IMG/VR virus record: IMGVR_UViG_3300027668_000008
Span: 124,001 to 188,000 of that record
Length of the DNA: 64,000 bases
Direction: 5' to 3' (one strand)
The notes under the pieces are model-generated. The model saw only the letters and a list, made by a program, of their open reading frames with translations. It had not been told where the DNA came from and made no database searches. Both the position numbers and the translations under genes were made by a program. Positions 8,242 to 16,706 of this stretch are shown here, piece by piece. Position 1 is the first letter of the stretch. Each line of letters starts with the position of its first letter.

Positions 8242-8864
8242 ATCAACTTCCTGTAGTTTTCATAAGCCTGTTTCTTAAACTCTGTAGTTTTGCCACCATG
8301 TAAAATAATATGATATCTATGTTCATTGCTATTATTACGAACACTGTGCTTGTTACTTAAATCTAACCATGCACCTTTATTTTGTTTAAATGGTACAACT
8401 CCGACATCCTCCATAACAAATTCACATCCTTCTGGATTGTTAATTGCAATGTTGATAGGACCTAATCTACTTTTATCATAATCTCTATGTGATTCAATAT
8501 AACCACCGGGTGCTACAGACATAATTCTAATTCTATCAAAGTCTATAAAATAATTTTGTTCTAACAACCATTGTTTAAGTGAAGGTATACTGTTACTTGC
8601 GTTAGTCCAATCAAAGACTGCATCTTCTTCTTGTATATCATAAAACATTGGAGCATTAGTGAATTCATCACCTTGCCCGTGCATAACTAATGATGACCAA
8701 CCTTTTGATTGGTCTTCTCTGTGATTATAAAAGTTATCTTGTGCTTGTGATATTTCTTGTAAAATATTTTCTACAGGCATATTGACATCGAACATTAAAT
8801 AAGGTAACTTACTATCTGTTCTTAATTCAATTGGATTTTTACATTCTTTGTTAAAACTTAACAT
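8238..8864 (-). CDS. Aspartyl/asparaginyl beta-hydroxylase-like 2OG-Fe(II) oxygenase
   Basis: IRIMSVAPGGYIESHRDY (HxD) and HSVRNNSNEHRYHIILHG; likely start ATG 8864 (ORF extends to 8927). Confidence 0.8.
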   Translation of the reverse strand: MLSFNKECKNPIELRTDSKLPYLMFDVNMPVENILQEISQAQDNFYNHREDQSKGWSSLVMHGQGDEFTNAPMFYDIQEEDAVFDWTNASNSIPSLKQWLLEQNYFIDFDRIRIMSVAPGGYIESHRDYDKSRLGPINIAINNPEGCEFVMEDVGVVPFKQNKGAWLDLSNKHSVRNNSNEHRYHIILHGGKTTEFKKQAYENYRKLI

Positions 8865-8883
8865 TTGTCGATTGTCTTTTCTT

Positions 8884-9021
8884 TTATTCTTGTTCGCCGT
8901 TTGCTTTACTTTTTGCGTAGGCGGCATCTGCTCTCATTTGTGTTGCTATTCGCAGTTGCATATAATCTCTTAAAGGTGGCTTAGTCTTTGGTTTATCTTT
9001 TCGTGCAGAACCCAGACTCAA
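8884..9021 (-). CDS. Possible 45-aa basic peptide (TTG start)
   Basis: Manual translation MSLGSARKDKPKTKPPLRDYMQLRIATQMRADAAYAKSKANGEQE fills the intergenic gap. Confidence 0.35.
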   Translation of the reverse strand: MSLGSARKDKPKTKPPLRDYMQLRIATQMRADAAYAKSKANGEQE

Positions 9022-9029
9022 CGAATCTT

Positions 9030-11063
9030 TTATTTGCTTGTTGCGATGAATACTCCGTCCCATTGTTTTGTACCTTTTCTTTTTAGCTCATGGGCCCGTT
9101 CAGACATTACTTCATAGTAATTATGAAGCTCTTCAGGGCATACACTTTGTAATTTGGAAATTTGATTAATCGCTAGATCCCACTTGGAATCTCTATATAA
9201 CTGCAAATATTTATCATGTTCCTTGACGTAATTAACTGCACACTCACTAAACAAAGCAGTATAAATGGTAGCCGGTACTGTCTTGCCCTTAACTGCTATT
9301 TTATCTAGTTCTATGAATGTGTATTCGTCGGATACTGAACTTTCACCAACTAACAATGTTAAACCGTACTCTTTACTTTGCCCCTCTAGTCTTGCCGCTA
9401 AATTAACACAATCACCCAAAACTGAGTAGTCAAAACGTTGATTAGACCCCATATTACCTACCACAGCACTACCTGTGTTAATACCAACACCAATTTTAAT
9501 AGGCATTAATCCTTCGGATTCTAATTCTTTATTAAGTTTTCTTAATGCAACAAACATCTCATCAGCAGTTTTAATTGCTAATTCACGTTGTTTAGGAACA
9601 TCTAAAGGTGCGTTCCAAAATGCCATAAGTGCATCACCAATATACTTGTCTACTGTGCCTTCGTTTTTCATAACAATATCTGTCATAGGTGTCATGTACC
9701 TATTAATTAAAGAAGTTAACCCTTGTGGATTTGTTTTGTATTGTTCACTAATAGGAGTAAATCCTCTAATGTCACTAAACAATAAAGTTAACTCTCTTGT
9801 ATCGCCACCTAACTTTAATAGTTCTGGATTTTGTTGTAATTTCTTAACCATAGCAGGTGCTAGATAGTGCTCAAACTGTTTTTTAATTTGTTGTTTTAAA
9901 CTAAACTCTTTTACAAATCTATTAAACACTGCATGAAAGCCTGTAAGTACAAATACTATTAATGGCATTGTTACATCGAGCAAATACAAATAGTGTTGCC
10001 ATGCATACAATGAACCATATACTAATCCTGCACTAACACTTAATATCGTAAGTCCAACAATATAATATGGTAATCTAACACTTATTAAAATAATAAGGAG
10101 ACCTAACGTAACAGAAGTTAGTAATTCAACTAGCACGGCCCAATACGGGCGTTGTATCTGGTCTCCGTCGATAACTGTTTGTAGTGTTACTGCCGAAGGT
10201 ATATAATTATATTTAGGACCAGTAGGTGTAGCAATTACTCCACCGATGCCTTCTGCTGTCGAACCTATAATAACTGTTTTGCCTGCGAATAAAGAAAAGT
10301 CGTCACTACTTGCACTAATTGTTTCAAACTCTTTATTCCAACGTAACCATATTTGTCCATTGGGATCTGTACTAATAATTGGATATCCCGGAACACGAAT
10401 TTTATCTATTCCGCCTTGGTTTGCTTTAATTTGATAACTTGGTTTACCTGTACTAACTCTAATAACTTCGATTGCTATTGATGGGTATGTGTTAGTGCCT
10501 ACTCTCATAATTAAAGGAACACGTCTTACAACACCATCTATCTCATTAGGTGTATTTAGAACACCAACGCCGTCTGCATTTAAGCCTAGTAACGGAATAG
10601 GTCCTAACATACCGGGCCATTCGAACAAATAAGGTACTGCATCACCTATTGTTGCAACTCCTCTTGTTACCGCATTTTTATTTACTTTTAAACTTCCTAC
10701 TTGTGCAATAACAATCCCATTGCCGGCTATCGATTCAACAAATGCTTGGTCACCGCCTAATCTATCATCTTCACTAAACAGTATAGGTATTACAATTACA
10801 CCTGCTCCTGCTTCACGCAACTTCCAAATAAGTTCTGCTAGAACATCACGTTTCCAGGGCCACTGTCCGTATTTTTCAATAGATGCTTCATCTATTGTTA
10901 CAATACCAATGTCGTTGGATACAACCGGAGTATCGGTTTGTTGTAGTAAATCAAACTGTTTAAGTCTCAATATTTCAACTATACTACTATTGCCGTAATG
11001 GAAGAAGGTTAGAACTGCCAATGTTACAAAGGCAGTTAACCAATGCGTTAAATATTTTTTCAT
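9030..11063 (-). CDS. CHASE2-domain class III adenylate cyclase
   Basis: N-terminal TM; CHASE2 motifs IDEASIEKYGQWPWKR and DGVVRRVPL; three TMs; catalytic LFSDIRGFT, DKYIGDALMAF, VGNMGS, DYSVLGDCVNLAARLEG, IAVKGK. Confidence 0.95.
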   Translation of the reverse strand: MKKYLTHWLTAFVTLAVLTFFHYGNSSIVEILRLKQFDLLQQTDTPVVSNDIGIVTIDEASIEKYGQWPWKRDVLAELIWKLREAGAGVIVIPILFSEDDRLGGDQAFVESIAGNGIVIAQVGSLKVNKNAVTRGVATIGDAVPYLFEWPGMLGPIPLLGLNADGVGVLNTPNEIDGVVRRVPLIMRVGTNTYPSIAIEVIRVSTGKPSYQIKANQGGIDKIRVPGYPIISTDPNGQIWLRWNKEFETISASSDDFSLFAGKTVIIGSTAEGIGGVIATPTGPKYNYIPSAVTLQTVIDGDQIQRPYWAVLVELLTSVTLGLLIILISVRLPYYIVGLTILSVSAGLVYGSLYAWQHYLYLLDVTMPLIVFVLTGFHAVFNRFVKEFSLKQQIKKQFEHYLAPAMVKKLQQNPELLKLGGDTRELTLLFSDIRGFTPISEQYKTNPQGLTSLINRYMTPMTDIVMKNEGTVDKYIGDALMAFWNAPLDVPKQRELAIKTADEMFVALRKLNKELESEGLMPIKIGVGINTGSAVVGNMGSNQRFDYSVLGDCVNLAARLEGQSKEYGLTLLVGESSVSDEYTFIELDKIAVKGKTVPATIYTALFSECAVNYVKEHDKYLQLYRDSKWDLAINQISKLQSVCPEELHNYYEVMSERAHELKRKGTKQWDGVFIATSK

Positions 11064-11068
11064 ACTAG

Positions 11069-11074
11069 TATTTA
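11069..11074 (-). promoter_or_regulatory. TAAATA late-type promoter box directly upstream of the cyclase
   Basis: TAAATA 6 nt before the ATG; the same box recurs before many genes. Confidence 0.6.
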
Positions 11075-11094
11075 TTTAAAGGAAATTTGGGGTG

Positions 11095-12549
11095 CTAATC
11101 TGATTGTGTAAAGGTCGTTGTTCCACAACCAGCGGCATTAGTGCAACTTTGTGTTAAACTATATGTCTTATCTGAACTACCATCTTGGTGTAAATCCAAT
11201 GTACTTGAATACCCAGACATATTAATTGTTGCGGCATGGTCGCCTGATCCATCTTGGTCAACTGAAACAGTTTGGTTACTTCCAACTGTAATGTCTTGAA
11301 AGTGTGTTCCTGTTCCGGCTTGGTCTAAATCTAATGTGTTAGAACTTCCGTTAATATCCACAAACATCATTTTATCGCCATCGTCATTTTGTTGTAAATT
11401 TATATTGTTACTATTTCCTGCAATGTCGACATCCATAAAATGACCCAAGTTACCAACGGCTCCGTCTTCTTCTTGAGTGAAAGTTCCTGTATTACTATTA
11501 CCAACTACATTTAATCTTAAATCATGGTCACCATCATCATCGATATTGTCACCTTGTCGTATTGTCATAGTGTTACTATTTCCGTTAATATCTAGCAAAA
11601 CAGTATTGCCATCACTAAATGATCCTGAGTTATTACCCTGTGTAATTGATAGTGTATTATCGTCGCCAGTTATTTCTGCGTTGTCGATACTGCTGGAAGT
11701 TGTTCCTAAACCTGCAACTAAATTATCATTGTCGTATTGTATAATGTCTATGTTTGCATTATTACCACTTTGTGTAATATAAATTCCGTTGCCACTGTGT
11801 GTTATTCCTCTTGTAGTTGATCTTAAATTAGTTTGTGCAGTTGTAGGTTCTGAAGTATATGATGCTGGACTGAATACGCCTTCCTCTTCAAGTGTTTCTC
11901 CTAAAAAGACATACATTCTTGCTGAACGAGTTGTGTTAGCATTATTAAATTGTGCCTGGTCTAAAGTGATAATTAATTTACCACCATTACTACCATAACC
12001 ATATACTGCCCAAGATTTCCAGCCACTAAGGCCTGATGCTGTATTTGACGCTATCGCCGTACCACCCGATTGCATTGAAAAAAGATTTCTTGTTACCCAT
12101 GAATTTGAAACGGTATATTGAGAACCATTAGCGTGAGAAGTATAGTTTGCCTCACCATTGTATATTGAGATAGCACCTACACTTAATTTACTTTCAACAA
12201 GCGATTCAATGCTCAGCGTTCTAGCGCCATCATGGTCACCATTACCAGCAATTAAAACTGTGCCACCTGCACTAATGTAAGTTTCATATGCTGTCTTACA
12301 GGTACCACCACAACTGTTATTACCTGCTATGTTAATGTGTAAATCTTTACCAGTAAAATCACTTAAAGTAACTGAACCACTATTTGTGCCTGTAACTGTA
12401 AACCCATGACCCTCTAACTCACCTTTTACTTTATTGTACATATTGGTATCAGTATAGTTTATATGAGCTGTTTCGGCAAATGCTTGTATAGGTAATACTA
12501 ATAATAAACTAATTAGACTGATTAATAGTGATCTGATTAACACCGGCAT
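11095..12549 (-). CDS. Large secreted protein: N-terminal globular domain plus C-terminal curlin-like repeats
   Basis: Signal peptide; repeats of type I-x-G-x-x-N-x-x-x-I-x-Q (ITGDDNTLSITQ, INGNSNTMTIRQ, VVGNSNTGTFTQ, IAGNSNNINLQQ, INGSSNTLDLDQ). Confidence 0.8.
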   Translation of the reverse strand: MPVLIRSLLISLISLLLVLPIQAFAETAHINYTDTNMYNKVKGELEGHGFTVTGTNSGSVTLSDFTGKDLHINIAGNNSCGGTCKTAYETYISAGGTVLIAGNGDHDGARTLSIESLVESKLSVGAISIYNGEANYTSHANGSQYTVSNSWVTRNLFSMQSGGTAIASNTASGLSGWKSWAVYGYGSNGGKLIITLDQAQFNNANTTRSARMYVFLGETLEEEGVFSPASYTSEPTTAQTNLRSTTRGITHSGNGIYITQSGNNANIDIIQYDNDNLVAGLGTTSSSIDNAEITGDDNTLSITQGNNSGSFSDGNTVLLDINGNSNTMTIRQGDNIDDDGDHDLRLNVVGNSNTGTFTQEEDGAVGNLGHFMDVDIAGNSNNINLQQNDDGDKMMFVDINGSSNTLDLDQAGTGTHFQDITVGSNQTVSVDQDGSGDHAATINMSGYSSTLDLHQDGSSDKTYSLTQSCTNAAGCGTTTFTQSD

Positions 12550-13600
12550 CTCCTAACTGTACATTATCTACACCAACAAAATTCTGCTTTAATGTTATGT
12601 TATAACTGTAATCTCTATCTAATCGTAGTTCCATAAAATTACCTGCACTATCTTCTTTAATAATAAGGTAACTAGGATCGTTTGTAAATGTTATTCCTGT
12701 TGTTTCGTCGAATCCAATTTTAAAACCATTCCTAGGATCAAATGCTTGTTTAAGTTTTTTGCTTAATTCTGCATTTAATACGACTAGTAAGTCTTGTAAA
12801 AAATCTTGTAATAAGAAGTCAATGTCTAATTCGTTTGCAAGTTCCTCATTTGATTCTTCTAATAAATCTTCATCTAAATCGTTAAATTCTAAAAAGTCAA
12901 TATCTAATGCACTTGATACATCTGATAGTTGCTCTGCTAGTTCTATTGCTTCTTGTAAATCCTTGGGCTTTTGTACGATTAACAAGTTGTTAATCATATT
13001 AGCATCTAAATCCAGTATAATAGGTTTTAAAGGTTTAGATTCAAATGTTGTAACTACTGTTGTTTGAAATGCTTGATTCATTATAACAAATCCTGCATCT
13101 GTTTCAACTTCAATTTCTCCTACATAACAGTTGCCGTTGCTATCGCAACTCGGTAGTAAAATTATAAGACTGCTTCCAATCTCATCTACTGTCATCGTGA
13201 AGTCAGTGCCTCTTACTCCAATGACTGCCGTAGGTGTTTTGATCTTTACATTTTGTTTAAACTTTTTTCCTATTTGCCCACTTGCATACCTAACTGTGCC
13301 TAAACTGGCTTTGATAGATAGTGATCCAATATCATTTGCAGGGTCATAGACAAATTCATCGATTATTACATTACTGTGTGGCGTAATTTCTAATTTAGTA
13401 TCGTCTATAAATTCTATATTTTGTTTATGCTTAAATGTTTCTATTCGGTCCATAGAGAATATATCAGAATCCACATCACCTTGTTCAGTTGTGTCTTCTC
13501 TATAAATCTTACTTGGTCCGTCCGATTTAGTAATTTTACCTATACTGGCAAATCCACTAGTCGGAAGAAAGCAGATTAGTATAACACAGAGCCACTTCAT
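12509..13600 (-). CDS. Secreted FecR-domain protein
   Basis: Signal peptide; FIDDTKLEITPHSNVIIDEF, GTVRYASG, IKTPTAVIGVRGTDF. Confidence 0.85.
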   Translation of the reverse strand: MKWLCVILICFLPTSGFASIGKITKSDGPSKIYREDTTEQGDVDSDIFSMDRIETFKHKQNIEFIDDTKLEITPHSNVIIDEFVYDPANDIGSLSIKASLGTVRYASGQIGKKFKQNVKIKTPTAVIGVRGTDFTMTVDEIGSSLIILLPSCDSNGNCYVGEIEVETDAGFVIMNQAFQTTVVTTFESKPLKPIILDLDANMINNLLIVQKPKDLQEAIELAEQLSDVSSALDIDFLEFNDLDEDLLEESNEELANELDIDFLLQDFLQDLLVVLNAELSKKLKQAFDPRNGFKIGFDETTGITFTNDPSYLIIKEDSAGNFMELRLDRDYSYNITLKQNFVGVDNVQLGDAGVNQITINQSN

Positions 13601-14292
13601 TAGTCGCTCTGCGTAATGTCTATGTCAGAATTGGTGCCAACTGTTGTTAATTGTATTTTGTTGTCATAAATTCCACTTTGTGTAATGTCCACTGTAGTAC
13701 CTTCACCTGTATGATTATGTGTTAAACTATGTCCTGCACTATCTCCTGCGCCTGACATTATATAGTTCGCCGTGTTATCTACTGAACTGCCTAATGCATC
13801 ATTATCCATATCGATGTCTGCATCTGCGTTCGCGGCATTTACTGTTAGTGTGATAGTATCTTCGTTGCTAGTTGCTAAATCTATTGTTCCTACAAAGTTA
13901 GCCGATGATGCACTGGCTCCAATAGCAACTGTTACTGTTGCGTCATCGCCGACTACATCTATGCTCATACTTACTGTTTCACAATTAGAACTTGCACAAG
14001 TTAAAGCAACTGTGTTAGAGTTACCTGTTAAATCTATATTACCTGTGTAAGTAGTACCGTTAATAACTGTAGACACAACGTTACTGTTACCAACTTGATC
14101 AATATTAAATGTCATGCTGTTACCAGTTAAGGATATCGCTGTACTGCTGTTACCTGCCACGTTGTTCTGTCCGTCCTGTGTTATATCCAAGTTTAAATTA
14201 TTACCACTTTGTGTAATATAGATATCATTAGCATACACCGAACTTATAGAACAAACCAGAAACAAGAGCACATAAACTATTTTATTTGTCAT
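13600..14292 (-). CDS. Secreted curlin-like repeat protein
   Basis: Signal peptide then NDIYITQSGNNLNLDITQDGQNN; Gly/Asn/Gln beta-solenoid repeats. Confidence 0.8.
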   Translation of the reverse strand: MTNKIVYVLLFLVCSISSVYANDIYITQSGNNLNLDITQDGQNNVAGNSSTAISLTGNSMTFNIDQVGNSNVVSTVINGTTYTGNIDLTGNSNTVALTCASSNCETVSMSIDVVGDDATVTVAIGASASSANFVGTIDLATSNEDTITLTVNAANADADIDMDNDALGSSVDNTANYIMSGAGDSAGHSLTHNHTGEGTTVDITQSGIYDNKIQLTTVGTNSDIDITQSD

Positions 14293-15355
14293 TTATTTTC
14301 TCCGTCTGTTTCTGCCCTTTTAGTTTAGTTAACGTTTCCCATAGATACATATCAGCAGTGTTTTTAAAACAGTTGCCTCCTGCATTGCAAACGTTAAAGT
14401 CATCTCCCGGTGCTCCTTTTAGCATTTCACTTTCGTGCATAGTTGGGATTGAGTTAATGTCCGGTTTAGAAATAGGCACAGATTTTAATTTAGAACTTTG
14501 GAGAGTCGTATTTTTATCATCTGTATTAATTACTTCACCGGACTTATGGATTAACTTCGTAGTTTTTTGTGTCGTTTTCTTAAACTTCCACAAGCCCTTG
14601 ATTTCGCCTTCTTTGACGATCTCGACAATAGCCTGCTCAATAGCAAGTCTAACTGCCTGATTGGTAGGTTCATTAACTGCTGAACCTATCTCAATTTCTA
14701 ATGCTCTTGTACCTAAATCTAAAAATCTAAATACATCTGAGCTATCTTTATAACTTGCAATAGTCTTATCAACTGCAACCGACAGTAGTATTTCACCAGT
14801 TGATACACTAATAATTCTCATTGCCACAGATACTCTATCTGTTCTGTATTCTTTTGATGCTCCAATACCAAAGTATCTTGCACCTACACCGCCACTTTCA
14901 ATGTTGCTATCGTAACCTATAATAGCACCATCTAATAATAGTCCAGCAAATAACATAGGTTGTAATGCTAGTGCATCTTTACCTTCAAAATTTTCTCTTG
15001 TGCTTCTTATTAATTGTCTTTCTTTTACCAACGAGTCTAAACTAACACGTTCTAATACCTTAAACCATTTACCGCCTCCGGCTTGTTGCAATGCACGAAT
15101 CACATGACTCTCTGCACCTTGCGTTACTGCGGTACTTAATTGACTAAAATTTGTTGAAGGTTTACGTTGTCCTGTTTTATCTCCAAAGCCGTATAGTGCT
15201 ATGGTAATAATAGGTCCGTCGATTGGTGGTAAGTTTAGAAGTGCATTAACCCCTATTGGTATCGAAGCAGGTGGGTCGTATCTGACTTGCTTTACAGGGT
15301 TACCTGCACAAGCACCTAGTAACAATATGATGGATAATGCTACAAATATCCTCAT
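14282..15355 (-). CDS. csgG: Curli secretion channel CsgG (lipoprotein) with C-terminal extension
   Basis: Lipobox LLLGAC; FGDKTGQRKP, STAVTQGA, WFKVLERVSLDSLVKERQLIR, GAIIGYDSN, GVGARYFGIGA, GEILLSV. Confidence 0.95.
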   Translation of the reverse strand: MRIFVALSIILLLGACAGNPVKQVRYDPPASIPIGVNALLNLPPIDGPIITIALYGFGDKTGQRKPSTNFSQLSTAVTQGAESHVIRALQQAGGGKWFKVLERVSLDSLVKERQLIRSTRENFEGKDALALQPMLFAGLLLDGAIIGYDSNIESGGVGARYFGIGASKEYRTDRVSVAMRIISVSTGEILLSVAVDKTIASYKDSSDVFRFLDLGTRALEIEIGSAVNEPTNQAVRLAIEQAIVEIVKEGEIKGLWKFKKTTQKTTKLIHKSGEVINTDDKNTTLQSSKLKSVPISKPDINSIPTMHESEMLKGAPGDDFNVCNAGGNCFKNTADMYLWETLTKLKGQKQTEKINDK

Positions 15356-15358
15356 CCA

Positions 15359-15808
15359 TTAAAACCCGAAGCCACTTAATGGCACCACTAGTTCACTAAA
15401 TGAACCATCGGCTTCAGTTATCTGTACAGTAATTGTACTCGAAGATGTATCTTTAATCCAGTATATAGTTGCACCTTCGACAGTTGCAGTACCACTATTG
15501 GCACCAGTGTCAGAAAACATACTATCAACTAAATTTTTGGATAAGTTTGCGTAAATTCTTGATTCAACGTTTGCTAAGAATTTTGAAAGAGTTTCTTGGG
15601 CGGCATCTCTAACTGCTTGTCTTTCAGCCGCTTCTTTGGCTTTCTTTATTTCAGCCGCACGTTGGAATTGGAGTTGCTCTATACTTAAGACGTGTGTACT
15701 ATAACCTTTTCCACTAAAGGAAGGATTTTTAAATTCATGTGTTAAGTCGCTGGCGTATGCAGGCGTCATAACGAACATAGTCAAGGCTATAGTGATAAAA
15801 AATTTCAT
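15359..15808 (-). CDS. csgF: Curli assembly component CsgF
   Basis: Signal peptide then SDLTHEFKNPSFSG; ITVQITEADGSFSELVVP; directly upstream of csgG. Confidence 0.88.
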   Translation of the reverse strand: MKFFITIALTMFVMTPAYASDLTHEFKNPSFSGKGYSTHVLSIEQLQFQRAAEIKKAKEAAERQAVRDAAQETLSKFLANVESRIYANLSKNLVDSMFSDTGANSGTATVEGATIYWIKDTSSSTITVQITEADGSFSELVVPLSGFGF

Positions 15809-15828
15809 AATAATACGATCTCCATTAG

Positions 15829-15836
15829 TATTTATA
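15829..15836 (-). promoter_or_regulatory. TATAAATA late promoter of the csgF-csgG operon
   Basis: Exact T4 late consensus about 20 nt upstream of csgF. Confidence 0.7.
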
Positions 15837-15906
15837 ATTTATTCGATTAAATAAACCGACATTATTAAGGAAATCGTAAATATTTTTACACCTACATAAA
15901 TACTAA

Positions 15907-15968
15907 GGTATAGTAAGACGTTATTATACTGGACGGTAGTTTATAGCCCTTTACTACCGTCCTTTTAT
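15907..15968 (+). ncRNA. Candidate small RNA (hairpin plus terminator hairpin)
   Basis: TAAATA at 15897; hairpin GTATAGTAA-GACG-TTATTATAC; hairpin GGACGGTAGT/ACTACCGTCC followed by TTTT; no plus-strand ORF. Confidence 0.45.
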
Positions 15969-16205
15969 TTCTAAAACTTTCATTCTAGCAATGAGACGTG
16001 TTCTTCCCACACCCAAATATCTACTCGCGGCGGCAACTGACTTGTGCATTGTTAACGCCTCAGTTATCTCACTGGTTTCAATTTGTTTAAGTTTGTCTGG
16101 GAGGGTAGTGTCAAGGGATTCAATAGCAGAGCCTGGTGCTCCCCATATGTCGTCCATCATTTCGAACAGTACTGTCTGTTCATTTGTGAAAACGCCCTTG
16201 TTCAT
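15954..16205 (-). CDS. Stand-alone Fis-type HTH protein
   Basis: ITEALTMHKSVAAASRYLGVGRTRLIARMK matches the Fis/NtrC C-terminal HTH; ATG 16205 below TATAAATA 16211-16218. Confidence 0.75.
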   Translation of the reverse strand: MNKGVFTNEQTVLFEMMDDIWGAPGSAIESLDTTLPDKLKQIETSEITEALTMHKSVAAASRYLGVGRTRLIARMKVLEIKGR

Positions 16206-16253
16206 ACTAGTATTTATATACCGCATAAACAAAGGCGTTTCTAAGTGGTTCTG

Positions 16254-16304
16254 TTATCTTTTACCAGATAACCAATCTGATTCTTCTTCTGTGTAGGGCC
16301 ACAT
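16254..16304 (-). CDS. 16-aa peptide MWPYTEEESDWLSGKR
   Basis: ATG immediately after the DUF1127 stop, with GGAGA RBS inside the upstream gene. Confidence 0.55.
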   Translation of the reverse strand: MWPYTEEESDWLSGKR

Positions 16305-16523
16305 TTAGTTATGTTCTCCACGATAAATTTTACCGCCTTTAGAAACATAAGGAATGTCTCCACGACAAATACCTATGTCATGTAATTCTGCATCTGATAA
16401 CCTAGAAAGAGTTCTTAAAGTTGTTGCGTTTGCTCGGCGCTTTTTGTAAGCATCTTGTATTCCTAAAACATACTCTTTAATTGTGTTGCAAATTGCACAA
16501 ACATTTAGTGTTATAGTAGACAT
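16305..16523 (-). CDS. DUF1127 (YjiS-like) small protein
   Basis: RRANATTLRTLSRLSDAELHDIGICRGDI. Confidence 0.88.
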   Translation of the reverse strand: MSTITLNVCAICNTIKEYVLGIQDAYKKRRANATTLRTLSRLSDAELHDIGICRGDIPYVSKGGKIYRGEHN

Positions 16524-16705
16524 TATTTTAATTCCTTATTCTTTAGTGCCATCATAAGTGCTTTTGCTTCTTTATGATATCCCATTTGTGATAGTTGTGA
16601 CGCGGCTCTAATAGTACCTGCATTTTCGCCTAGATGTATTATTGCTGATAAAAACTTTCTTACTGCTTCGCAAAACGAACAGTAATATACTGATAATGTA
16701 TTCAT
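16523..16705 (-). CDS. Small protein, possibly divergent DUF1127-like
   Basis: Likely start ATG 16705; GTIRAASQLSQMGY; coupled to its neighbours. Confidence 0.6.
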   Translation of the reverse strand: MNTLSVYYCSFCEAVRKFLSAIIHLGENAGTIRAASQLSQMGYHKEAKALMMALKNKELK

Positions 16706-16706
16706 G

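Noticed and set aside
15809-15953. Glutamine (glnA/Downstream-peptide) riboswitch upstream of csgF
   Set aside because: I could not find the CGUU..GGAAG core on the sense strand; only GGACGGTAG on the opposite strand, inside a terminator stem. An Infernal search is needed to exclude it
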